A DNA stretch of 62,615 nt, filler included, from Chiloscyllium plagiosum (taxonomy: Eukaryota), in NCBI RefSeq assembly GCF_004010195.1. It is 4 parts of one record of this genome, joined end to end, with 100 filler letters (N's around TTAATTAATTAA, not from the genome) between each part and the next. Parts side by side here need not be neighbours in the genome. Positions count along the whole stretch, not along the records: positions 1 to 20,691 come from NC_057717.1; 3 more parts are not named here. One strand, written 5' to 3'. Both the position numbers and the translations under genes were made by a program. Below, in pieces: positions 1 to 10,362 of the stretch. The notes beneath the pieces are model-generated. The model ran no database searches and was not told where the DNA came from. It saw nothing but the letters and a program-made list of their open reading frames with translations. Numbering within the stretch: the stretch's first letter is position 1; each line of letters begins with the position of its first letter.

Positions 1-462
1 GGAATGGCAGGATTACCTTACACTGAAAGACTGAAGCGAATGGGCTTGTATATCTTTGAGTTTCGAAGATTGAGAGGGGATCTGATTGAGACGTATAAGA
101 TTATGAAAGGATTGGACACTCTGGCAGTAGGACACATATTTCCACTGCTGGGTGAGTGCCGAACCAGAGGACACAGAATAAAAATATGGGGTAGACCATG
201 TAGGACAGAGCTCAGGAGAAACGTCTTCACCCAGAGAGTGGTGGCTGTGTGGAATGCTCTGCCCCAGAGGGCAGTGGAGGCCCACTCTCTGGATTCATTT
301 AATAAGGAGTTGGATAGAGCTCTCAAAGATAGTGGAATCAAGGGTTATGGAGATAAGGCAGGAACAGGATTAGGAATTATCAGCCATGATTATATTGAAT
401 GGCGGTGCAGGCTCGAAGGGCTGAATGGCCTACTCCTGCACCTATTGTCTATTGTCTATTGC
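1..462 (+). mobile_element. CR1 LINE 3' end (ORF2 C-terminus, 3' UTR, microsatellite tail)
   Basis: ORF 4..546 reads RRLRGDLIETYKIMKG...RTRGH...FTQRVVAVWNALP, typical of the CR1 ORF2 C-terminus; it ends in GGGCTGAATGGCCTACTCCT plus an (ATTGTCT)n tail. Confidence 0.93.
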
Positions 463-489
463 TTTAACAGATATTGTTGCAGCTTCCTT

Positions 490-1555
490 GAACATGGGGG
501 ACGTCACTGGGGAATGGAGAATTGCTCATGGTGTCTCCTTGTTTAAGGAATAATCCAGGAAATTACAGACCTGTGAGCCTGACGTCAGTGGAAGGGAAGC
601 TACTGGAGAAGATACTGAGGGATAGGATATATACCAATTTGGAATAATGTGACTTCTTAGTGCTAGGTAGCATGGTTTTCTGCAGGTCAGATAATGGCTT
701 ACAAACTTAATAGAACTGTTTGAAGAGGTGACAAAGTTGATTGATGAGGGAAGGGATATAGATGTCATACAGATGGACTTTATTAAGGCGTTCGATAAAT
801 TTCCCCATGGTAAGCTGATGAAGAAGGTAAAGTTGCATGGGTGGATAGAGAACTGGTTAGGCAACAGGAGACAGAGAGTAATAACGGAAGGGAGCTTCTC
901 AAAATGGAGATCTGTGACCAGTGGTGTCCCACAGGAGCCCTTGCTGGGACATCGTTTTTTGTGGTATACATAAATGACTTGGAGGAAGGTGAAGCTTATT
1001 TCATTAGCAAGTTTGCAGGTGACACTAAGATTAGTGGAGTAGCAGACAGTGACGGGGACTGTCCAAGAATACAGCAGAATATAGATAGATTGGGGAGATG
1101 TGCAGACAAATGACAGATGGCGTTCAATCTGGACAAATGTGAGGCGATGCATTTTGTACGATCCAATCCAAGAGCGAACCATACAGTAAATAGAAAAGTA
1201 TTGGAGAAAATTGATGTACAGAGATATCTAGGAGTTCAGGTCCATTGTTCCCTGAAGGTGGCAAGGCAGATCAGTAGAGTGGTGAAGAAGGTGTACGGCA
1301 TGGTTTCCTTCATTGGACTGGGTATTGAAAATAAGAGTTTGCAGGTCGTGTTACAGTTGTAGAAGGCTTTAGTTCAGCCACCTTTGGAATACTTCATACA
1401 GTCTGGTCGCCACACTAGCAAAAGGATGTGAATGCTTTGGAGAGGGGGAAAAGGAGTTTCACCAGGATGTTGCCTGGTAAGGAAGGTACCAGCCATGAAG
1501 AGAGATTGAACAAATTAGGATCATTTTCATTAATAGACGGTGGTTGAGGGGGAAC
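490..1555 (+). mobile_element. Decayed CR1 LINE, RT domain to C-terminus
   Basis: Frameshifted fragments: NYRPVSLTSV, DFIKAFDKFPH, SGVPQ, YINDLEEG...SKFAGDTK, FNLDKCEAMHF. Confidence 0.92.
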
Positions 1556-2520
1556 CTGATCCTTGGACGGCGAGGGATATTGAGGCTCTGGTGAGGACAA
1601 TAAAGAAGGCATACATTGGGTTTAAGATATCGGGCTTAAGGCAATCCTTAGATGACTATACAAAGTGTCGAAGCACCCTTAAGAGGGGAATCAGAATCCC
1701 AAAAAAAGGCATGACTTGGAGCTGTCAGAAGAGGTGAAAGATAATCCCAAGAGGTTCTCTAGCCATATTAAGAGTAGAAGCGTGGCTCAGGAGAGAATAG
1801 GTCCCCTTACCGATGAGCATGGCTGTCTTTATGTGGAATCAGTAGGAGGTGGGGGGAATTGTTTAATGAATATTTCTCCCCCATGTTTACTCAGTAGCAA
1901 ATGATGTATACTAAAGAAATAAGGAAAACAAGTGGGAATGTTTTGGCCCGCATACATATTACCAGAGTGGAGGGATTTGCTCCGTTAAAGCACAATAAGG
2001 TGACTAAATCCCCTGGGCAAAAACATGTCCATCCTCGGATGTTATGGGAAGCGAGGGAAGAAATTGCAGAGGCCCTTGCACAGAATTTTGCTTCATCGCT
2101 TGCCACTGGAGTGGTTCCATTGTTTACAAATGTTAGCAAAGACAAGCCAGGGAGCTCTTAGTCAGTGAGCGTAACATCAGTGTTAGGCAAGTTGTTGGAC
2201 AGGATAATGAGAGACAGGAGAAAGCAACATTTGGGAATTCAAGGTCTGATTAGAAATAATCAGCATGGATTTGTGTGCGGGAAATCATGTGTGACAAATC
2301 TTTTAAATTGTTTTAAAGAGGTAACCACGAAAATAGATAAGGGTAAGACAATGGATGATCTGTATACGGACTTTAGTCAGTGAGTTTAGGTGACATGGGA
2401 TCTAGAGAGAGCTAGCTAATTGGAGTCCTATAACTAATGTTGTGCCACAAGTGTCGGTGCTGAGACCTTTGTTATTTGTTATTTACATAAATGACCTGGA
2501 TGTGAATATACAAGGCATGA
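1556..2520 (+). mobile_element. Decayed CR1 LINE ORF2 fragment (linker to RT)
   Basis: Fragments VKDNPKRF, KSPG..HPRMLWEAREEIAEAL, QHGFVCGKSCVTNLL. Confidence 0.88.
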
Positions 2521-2524
2521 TGCG

Positions 2525-2865
2525 GGCCAAAAGACATCGGAGCAGAAATTGAAATATTCAGACCATCGAGTCTGCTCCACTATTCAGGCATGGCTTGTAA
2601 GTTTCTTAACCCCATTCTTATGTTATTTTCACCATAATCCTTGATCCCCATGATAATCCAGGACCAGTCCATCTCAATCTTCTATATACTCATTAACCTG
2701 GCCTCCACAGCCTTCTGTGGCATTGCATTCCATGGATTCACCACGCTCTAGCTGAAGAAGTTTCTCTTTATCTCCGTTCTAAAAGCTATTCCATTTACTC
2801 TAAGGCTGTGCCCTCGGGACCTAGTCTATTCTACCAATGGAAACATCTTCACAACATCTATTCTA
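2525..2865 (-). mobile_element. CR1 LINE 3' end, antisense
   Basis: Reverse complement resembles the CR1 ORF2 C-terminus and 3' UTR (…TTCAGCTAGAGCGTGGTGAATCCATGGAATGCA…). Confidence 0.8.
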
Positions 2866-3103
2866 AGAGCATGTCCTTACCTCCTCCTTGCCCAAGCAGC
2901 TTAGATCACAAATATTGATGGCTAATAATTCCTGCCGATCTTCCTCAGGAAAAGGTACTGAGAAATGTGTAAGCCAGAGCATGTCCTTACCTCCTGCTAA
3001 GTCCAAGCGGTCTCCTTGCCCAAGCAGGTTAAATCACAAATATTGATGGCTAATAATTCCTGCCGATCTTCCTCAGGAAAAGGTACTGAGAAATATGTAA
3101 GCC
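2866..3103. repeat. Local tandem duplication (about 110/128 bp) at the truncated env end
   Basis: AGAGCATGTCCTTACCTCC...GAAAAGGTACTGAGAAAT(G/A)TGTAAGCC occurs at 2866-2975 and 2976-3103. Confidence 0.9.
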
Positions 3104-4211
3104 AGAAACTGGGCTTTACTGTTACCCAAACCCTTACCACCCCTCCAATGCGCGCAGAATACAGGTGAAACTGAACGTTTGTTAGGGAAACCCCAAACCC
3201 ATTCCCAGGTAGTTGGGCAGTGAACAGTAGTTATGAACACTGCCCCTACAGCTACAGCACAGGGATTACCTACTTCATGAAGAACAATGAAGTTAGTCGC
3301 TTTGACTTGGCTGAAATAAAATATCCGGATTTAGTATAGATATTTGAGGGGGCTTCCCAATAAGAAACAGGCCTGTCTTTGTGACTACCCTGAAAGTATG
3401 GGTAGTCCATAGCTGCAAACTGGGCTCTTAGGATGAATGCTGTTCAATAAAACGTGATGGGTCTTTCACTAAGAGATGTGATTATTGTCTCAGACTGATT
3501 CCTTCCATCCCACTATTGAGATGATGGAGGTGCCATTATTAAGATGATGGAGGTGCCATTAGCGGTCTCAGAGTGAAGGTGAATGCCATTGCCAATATCA
3601 CAAAGAGCCTGAATACCCACAATAACAGAGACACATTCCTCCAGTAGGCAAATGCATGAGATGCAAGGCGCCACATGGAAGCAGTAGCAGTTGGGACATT
3701 GGACCAAGGCGCATGGAATAAACATAGTCACATTCACGTAAGTGCATCCCCATCCTGTACAGTTGTAGCAAATTGGATGGGCTTGCCCGGACTTAGTAGA
3801 GGAAGTCCACAGGCAGCTAGCACGTGGGGATTAGTAATAATCAAAGGAAAATTACAGCTGGTAACCACCTTAAAGGTATTCCATACTGCGAAGTTGGGAG
3901 TCAGGTGGGGGAAAGAGGTCAAAGAGTCCTTTGCTCATGTCAGGGCGTAACAGAGCACTTCATGCTGGCTGAATATTTTATGATGACTTTGCAAAAGCAA
4001 ATTATTAGTGAAGGCCCACATCTCCCACTTTCTCTTTTGCGGCGTGCTGATTTGGGCCTCTTTGAGTAGAGGCAACGCTTACCAGGAACACCGAAAGCAC
4101 AACTGAAATCAAACTGGCACAAAACACCTTGACAAGGTAAAGACCATTGAGACTTGTTCTGTAAATGAACTGTCCGATCTTCTTGGTGCAGTTAACCATT
4201 GCGGCAGTCAT
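2866..4211 (-). pseudogene. env: Decayed retroviral env (signal peptide, SU, furin-like site, start of TM)
   Basis: Hydrophobic leader LVKVFCASLISVVLSVFLVSVAST (ORF 4005..4211), Cys-rich SU-like fragments, then manual translation near 3185-2980: LTKR/SVSPVFCAHW...AQFLAYIFLSTFS*G...ICDLTCLGKET. Lies downstream of pol; many stops and frameshifts. Confidence 0.7.
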
Positions 4212-4239
4212 TCTTGGAAACTCTGTGGTAGATCACTCT

Positions 4240-6135
4240 GTTCCTCCACACTGCCAAGAATCTTGTCTTTAATCCTATATTCAGCATTCAAGTTCCACCT
4301 TCCAAAATGCATCACTTCGCATTTGTCCAGCTTGAACTCCAGCTGCCATTTCTCAGCCCAGCTCTGCATTCTGTCTATGACGTGCTACAGCCTACACTAG
4401 CCCTCTATACTATCGACGACACCTCCAACCTTTGTGCCATCTGCAAATTTACTAACCCACCCCTCAACCCCCTCATCCAAGTCATTTATAAAAACTATAA
4501 AGAGCAGAGGCCCAAGTACAGAACCCTGCGGGACCCCACTCAACACTGTCCTCCAGGCAAAATACATCCCATCTACAACCACTCTCTGCCTTCTGTCAAC
4601 CAGCCAATTTTGCATCCAGATAGCCAAATCTCCCTGTATCCCATACTTTCTGAATTTCTTAATGAGCCTAACATGAGGAACCCTATCAAATGCCTTGCAG
4701 AAATCCATATACACCACATACACTGCTTGACAGTCGTCGACCTGTCTTGACATCTCCTCAAAGAACTTAATAAGATTTGTGAGGCATGACCTGCCCCTCA
4801 CAAAACCATGCTGACTGCCTTTAATCACACTATGCTTTGCCAAATAGTCATAAATCCTATCCCTCAGAATTCTTTCCAAACATTTGCTGACCACAGACAT
4901 AAGACTGACTGGTCTGTAATTGCCAGCGATTTCCCTATTACCCTTCTCGAAAAGAGGAACGACATTTGCCTCCTTCCAATCCTCCGGTACGACTCCTGTG
5001 GAGAGTGAGGAGGCAAATATAATCGCCAACGGTTTAGCAACCTCTTTTCTCGCTTCCCGGAGCAGTCCATGATAAAATTGGTCTGGCCCTGGGGACTTAG
5101 CAATCTTAATGTTTTCCAAAATTTCTCGCAATCAACTTCATTAATCTTTATCTGACCAAGACTATATCCCAGCTCCTCTAAGTTTCCATTTATAACAAAT
5201 TCCCTTTCCTTGGTGAAAACCAAAGCAAAACACTCATTTAGGGCTTCCCCTATCGGCTCAGACTCCACGCACAAATTCCCTCCCCTATCCCTGATCGCTC
5301 CTACCTTCTCCCTGATCATTTTCATATTCCTCACGTATGATTAAAACGACTTTGTGTTCTCCCTAATCCTTCTTGTCAAGACTTTTCCGTGCCCCCTCAT
5401 GGCTCTCCTCATTCCATTTCTGAGCTCCGTTCTAGCAAGCCTGTAATCCTATAAAGCTGTGCTAGATCATTGCTTCCTCCACCTTACATAAGCTGCCTTC
5501 TTCCTTTTGACGAGAACTTGCTCTGTTGTCATCCAAAGTTCCTTAATCTTACATCTTCTTACCTGCCTCAGAGGAACAAATTTGTGCATAACTCACAACA
5601 TTTGCTCCTTAAATAGTCTCCACTTGTTTGCTGTGCCCTTTCTGGGGAACAATTGCTCCCACTCTCTACTTCCCAACTCCTGCCTAATAGCGTCTTAATT
5701 TATTTTTCCACAATTAAATATCTTCCCTCGTTAATTGCTCCTTTGAATTTCCAAGGCTATGATAAATGTGAGGCAGTAATGATCACTATCACCAAAGTGC
5801 TCTCCCACCGCGAGATGTGAAAGCTGTCCTGACTCGTTGCAGACCACCAAATCCAATATGGCCCCTCCACTCGTCGGTCTGTCTACATACTGAGTAAGGA
5901 AACGGCTCCCTCCAAACCATCTACACTTAGGAGGTTCCAGTTGATATTGGGAAAGTCGAAATCAAACAAAACAACAACTTTTGCATTTTCCAGAATCTGC
6001 CCACCGCTGAGATCTTCAATCTCTCTACTGCTATTAGGTGGTCTGTCGAAATGCGGTGGCTGTTCTCTTGCTGATCCTAACTTCCACCCATACTGACTCA
6101 GTAGACAAATCTTGCTCAACAACATTCTTTTGTGA
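4240..6135 (-). mobile_element. CR1 LINE ORF2 (endonuclease end to RT), located inside ERV A
   Basis: ORF 4397..5131: KSPGPD...[65 protein letters not shown]; endonuclease-type DFDFPNINW near 5950. Confidence 0.95.
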
Positions 6136-6139
6136 TGCA

Positions 6140-7775
6140 CTCTCGAGCTTTCAGTCTGGCTCATCATGTTAGGAACAATCATAAGATGGCGGTGAAAGGC
6201 TACTCTTGCGGCCTCATCGACAGCACGGTTACCAATGGCGACAAGAATTGGCCAGTGGTATGTGAGTACCTGAAGTGGTCAAAACACCTGCATTTTTCCA
6301 GAATTGACCAAAATCTTTCACAATTCTGAGAGTTTACCGGGAGTCAGTGTACATGTTAACACGAAGGCCTGTCCAAAGACGCAGGCACTGATCAAGTCAA
6401 AATGTCAGCTTGTTGAGCAGAAAAGGAAATCTCAAAAGAAGCTGAATCCAGGATGAAGCCACGGTCATCAATTATTGCGTCGCATGAGAAGTGAGTTCCT
6501 GTATGGTCAGTAGAAAAATTACCATCAACGATGCCAGTGTCTGCGATAGGGGCATGGGAAAGATCTGGACGAATTTGGATGTCCTCATTGATGAAGAGAA
6601 TTCAGTCATGATCTGGAGTTGATAAACGTAATAGGCGATGTGCAAGGAAATCATCAGGATTAGTGGTGGTACAATACCTAAAGGTCAGCCGGAGGTTGTT
6701 GAAGAGGTAAATCTCATAGCGGTTTTGGCGAGCCCCGGTCAAATGTTGAGTTTGCAATTATCCAAACTGGGCGATCACCACATGAAAATGATAGATGGTA
6801 ATATCCTGCTGAAGTGTAAGGGTTTCTGTGGACTGTAATCTAAGATTAATAGTGGTAAGGATCTGAGTACAACGGGGATATCCTAAGGCAACAGAGTCAA
6901 GTTTAGTAGAGAAATAGGCAACCGGGCAGTGGTGATCTCCATGTAGTTGAGTGAGAACTGAGGAAGCACAGTCATCCATAATCGTGCAGTAAAGTTGGAA
7001 AGGTATGTCATAGAGGGGTCTTCCCAAAGCTGGAGCTTGTGACAAGGCTCGTTTGTCGAAGGCTTGCTATGCCTCTGAGGAGAGCTCGAAGGTACCTTCA
7101 CAGGAAATAAAGGGGGTCAATATCTGAACGAGGAGGGCAGTGTTAGGGATCCATTGGCGGCAGAATTTGACCATGCCCAGCCACGGTCGAAACTGTTTCA
7201 CGTTGTTGGGACCGGGAAGTTGACGATAGGACTAATATGGATCTGCTCAAGGGAGCGTGAATCAACTGGTAGCATAAAACCTAAAAACTATACATGACAT
7301 TGTACAATTGAGACTTTTTCGGGAGAAGCAACATACCCCATCGTTTCAGATAGATGAGGAGGCGGACAACATCGGTGTGACCAGATTCTTGATCTGGACT
7401 GGCAACAAGGAGGTCATCTCCATACTGGCTCAGTGCAGACCCACCTGTGAGGGTGAGAGACCGCAATTGTTTCTGTAAGGCCTGAGGGAAAAGGGTCGGA
7501 GAATGTATGAAGCCCTGAGGTAGTCGAGTCCATATAAAGAGCTGGCCAATAAAAGTAAGGACAAATAGGTGCTGACTGTCTTCATGAAGAAGCAGAGAGA
7601 AAAAAACAAACATGTTGCAGGTCGACAACAGTGAAACATTCAGCGTCTGATGGTACCAAGACCAGAATATGAGCTTGATTTGGGACCATTGCATGATTAG
7701 GGAGTGCAATAGCATTGACAGCTCTATAATCTTGAACCAGTTGATACTGGTCTGGCGTGCCAAATTTTTGGACAA
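6140..7775 (-). pseudogene. pol: Decayed retroviral pol (RT, connection, RNase H)
   Basis: WTRLPQGFIHSPTLF..QYGDDLLVAS (YxDD); APALGRP..PVAYFSTKLDSVALGYP; manual translation of RNase H motifs VDG..SAQQAD..VNMYTDSR..DFGQFW..GNRAVDEAAR. Confidence 0.92.
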
Positions 7776-8001
7776 CTACCTAGACTCCCCGACTCCTTTT
7801 TTTCATTTCGTTATGTATTCTTATTAGGATCTTTTCGGGCTGCACATGAATGATAGAGAGTGAGGGGTCGAGTCAACCACGTTTGAATGTGAGGAAAACC
7901 AAATGGAGAAAATACTCACATCTGGCCCGGCCAATTTCTCTACACTCAATCGTGGAGTTCTGAAGGCTCTGACACTATTGTCTGCAATCTGTCCATACCG
8001 A

Positions 8002-8019
8002 ATCCGAGTCACGACACCA
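8002..8019 (-). promoter_or_regulatory. Primer-binding site, tRNA-His
   Basis: Minus strand TGGTGTCGTGACTCGGAT matches the canonical His PBS TGGTGCCGTGACTCGGAT at 17/18, and lies 2 nt from the LTR end. Confidence 0.9.
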
Positions 8020-8021
8020 GA

Positions 8022-8650
8022 TGATGATCTGGTCCCCCAGCAAAGTCTCTCGCTTCGGCGATCGGTCTATAAACACTCGTAATTGATCTGTCTGTTAAGA
8101 ATGTATTCTTTATTTTTCACACGGCCCAGTATAGAGCGTGCAGAAACACAGAGATTATACACTTCCGTGTTCCTTGGTGCAACTGTGCACAAAGCTGAAA
8201 ACAAAGACTGCTGAAAACAAAGACTTCTGAAAATACTATCCTTAAGGAAGTGTGCAGGCCATGATAGAATAGTACATTCAGATAATTGCCAATCAATACT
8301 CGATATTACTCTTGTATCACTAACCGAGCCATTGCACCTGCACCCAAAGGCCAGCTAAAACTGTCTTATCTAGCTGAGTTATTTCTATGCTTTCAGTGGT
8401 GCATTGTCTGCTAATCACTACTGAAGCAGACTGTGGTTAGTCACTTATACTGAATTAGCACTCAGCAACGCAAAAGCCATTTTCTGCGGCTTTAGCAAAA
8501 TTGTCAGTTTGCAGCCTAGAAGCGATTTTGTCGTATTATTTGCACCGAGAAGCCATCTTGTTGACACCTAGGTTACAAAGAGCATCAGTTAACTGGTCAC
8601 CCCTGACTACAACTGGTCACCTCAGCCTGTATTCAGGTGTTATGTCATCA
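8022..8650 (-). repeat. 5' LTR of ERV A
   Basis: Termini TGATGA...TCATCA (6-bp inverted repeat), minus-strand AATAAA at 8109-8114, adjacent PBS. The distal boundary is inferred from the inverted terminus only. Confidence 0.72.
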
Positions 8651-9089
8651 CCTGTCCTTCTGCAACAGGGTCAAGATGTTGAATGGCCTCCTACTAACCC
8701 TCTGTAATAGGCCCGAGACATTAAATAACCCAGCAACGCGTGGATTATGAACGGCTGGTAAACTGTATCAAATGAAGGTCTCTCCTTTCTCAGTTACAGA
8801 AACTCAAACAACACATTCCTGAGTATCTGTCCCAATGTTATGGAATGATGTGATAACTGAGCACTTTCACCCAGGAGTAGCCTCACACAACGTCATTTGG
8901 CAATAAATATCGTATCTTTGTTTAAAGTCTCTAGAAATTTCCCCACCAGTCATTTTCTGTAGCTTTTATTTTTTGTAGCTGCTTATTTTATCCCCGTCTC
9001 CTTTCATAAACAGTTTAGGGGGTATACATCCCTGCAGTGTTCCAGCAATACGCCCACATGCAAGGAAAAACGATTAAATAGATGGAAAT

Positions 9090-9534
9090 AATTATGGTCC
9101 ATCCGTCAGTAACGCTCGTGCTTTCCATCCAGACTGAGTAAATGCTCACATTTATTGTGATATGAAAAGGGATGTAACGAAGGGCTTGACTGAGCCTGTC
9201 TTTTCAGTGACTGTGATAAATGCCAATCTCCATGGATTCTAATTATCGCAATGGAGAGTTACCATCTTTTAATGATAAATGAGCTCCGTTCAATGTGTTA
9301 TTCCATTGTATGGGTGGGAACATCACCGACAGTACTAATAGAGATCAGCACCTCCAGTGAGAAGGGGAGGAGAGATCAGTATATGAGAACATTAGACTGG
9401 AATGTTCCAACAATGGANNNNNNNNNNNAAATGAGCTCCGTTCAATGTGTTATTCCATTGTATGGGTGGGAACATCACCGACAGTACTAATAGAGATCAG
9501 CACCTCCAGTGAGAAGGGGAGGAGAGATCAGTAT
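9090..9534 (+). promoter_or_regulatory. Putative proximal promoter/5' UTR of a GPR139-like gene
   Basis: Alignable to 62250-62590 upstream of the second paralog, e.g. TTCAGTGACTGTGATAAATGCCAATCTCCATGGATTCTAATT vs TTCAGTGCCTGTGATTGATGTCAGTCTCCATGGACCCTAATT. Confidence 0.55.
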
Positions 9535-9703
9535 ATGAGAACATTAGACTGGAATGTTCCAACAATGGAACGGAGTTTATCCGATGATTTTTCTGTCCTT
9601 TCTACATATTATGATGGGTTGTCATTATCATTTCGGATCTATTTTGCTCTTTGCATTATTCAATACTTTTATTATCCTCTCCTGTCTATCGTTGGTCTCC
9701 CTG
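9535..9703 (+). pseudogene. First coding exon of a GPR139-like rhodopsin-class GPCR with an apparently mutated splice donor
   Basis: MRTLDWNVPTMERSLSDDFSVLSTYYDGLSLSFRIYFALCIIQYFYYPLLSIVGLP resembles the N-terminus/TM1 (YYPxLxxxGxP) of GPR139-like receptors. It is followed by G|GAAAGT where G|GTAAGT is expected; no second exon was found. Confidence 0.68.
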
Positions 9704-10054
9704 GAAAGTCTCACTCTCTAGCTATTCTTTTCTATAAACCAGTTATAACAGCATTACTGTTCTTTCATACAATCTTCACTTCTTGCCACCATTATTGATC
9801 CTATTGAGACTCTGAATCCAGATATTTACTCTGCAGACTACTACAAATTGCATCAGGGTATTTGATCAATTACTGTCGCCCTCCTTGCTTCTGGCAGTGT
9901 TACTCATGGATCTCCATGTTAACCAATTGAGTTTCAGCAGTGACCCATTGCCACAAAGCCCTTGCTATTTATATATTGGGAGCATGGGCGTCACTGCCCT
10001 CTGTTACGGTGACAAACTCCGTTTCCTTCATCCGATTCCATACCATCCCAGTCC

Positions 10055-10362
10055 AGGAGCTTTGGATGGCTTAGTAAATTTGCAGATGACACTAAGACTT
10101 TGGAGTTATGGATAGTGCTGAAAGATGTTGGAGGTTACACAGGGAAATTTATAAGCTGCACGGCTGGCCTGAGAGGTTGCAAATGGAGTTTAATGTGTAA
10201 ACTTGTGAGGTGATGCACTTCAGAAGGAGCAACAGAAATAAGAAGTACTAGGCTAATGGGAAGATTCATGGTCATAAGGAGGACAAGAGAGATCTCGGTG
10301 TCTATGTGCATAGATCCTTGTAAGCTGACAGCCAGGTTGATCGGGTTGTTAAGAATGTATAG
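10055..10362 (+). mobile_element. CR1 RT C-terminal fragment
   Basis: AAATTTGCAGATGACACTAAG (KFADDTK), then ...ATGGAGTTTAAT...TGTGAGGTGATGCACTTC. Confidence 0.8.

Larger units (their letters stand above)
2866..8650 (-). mobile_element. Endogenous retrovirus A (class I, epsilon-like; tRNA-His PBS); gag, pro, IN and 3' LTR lost; interrupted by a CR1
   Basis: On the minus strand, in retroviral order: LTR 8650-8022, PBS 8019-8002, RT/RNase H 7775-6140, env 4211-2866. Confidence 0.88.

Noticed and set aside
4..546. 180-aa ORF as a host gene
   Set aside because: It is the CR1 ORF2 C-terminus reading through into the 3' UTR.
9279..9567. About 139-bp exact direct repeat in the GPCR 5' region
   Set aside because: The identical copies flank an 11-N gap (9418-9428), typical of an unmerged contig overlap.
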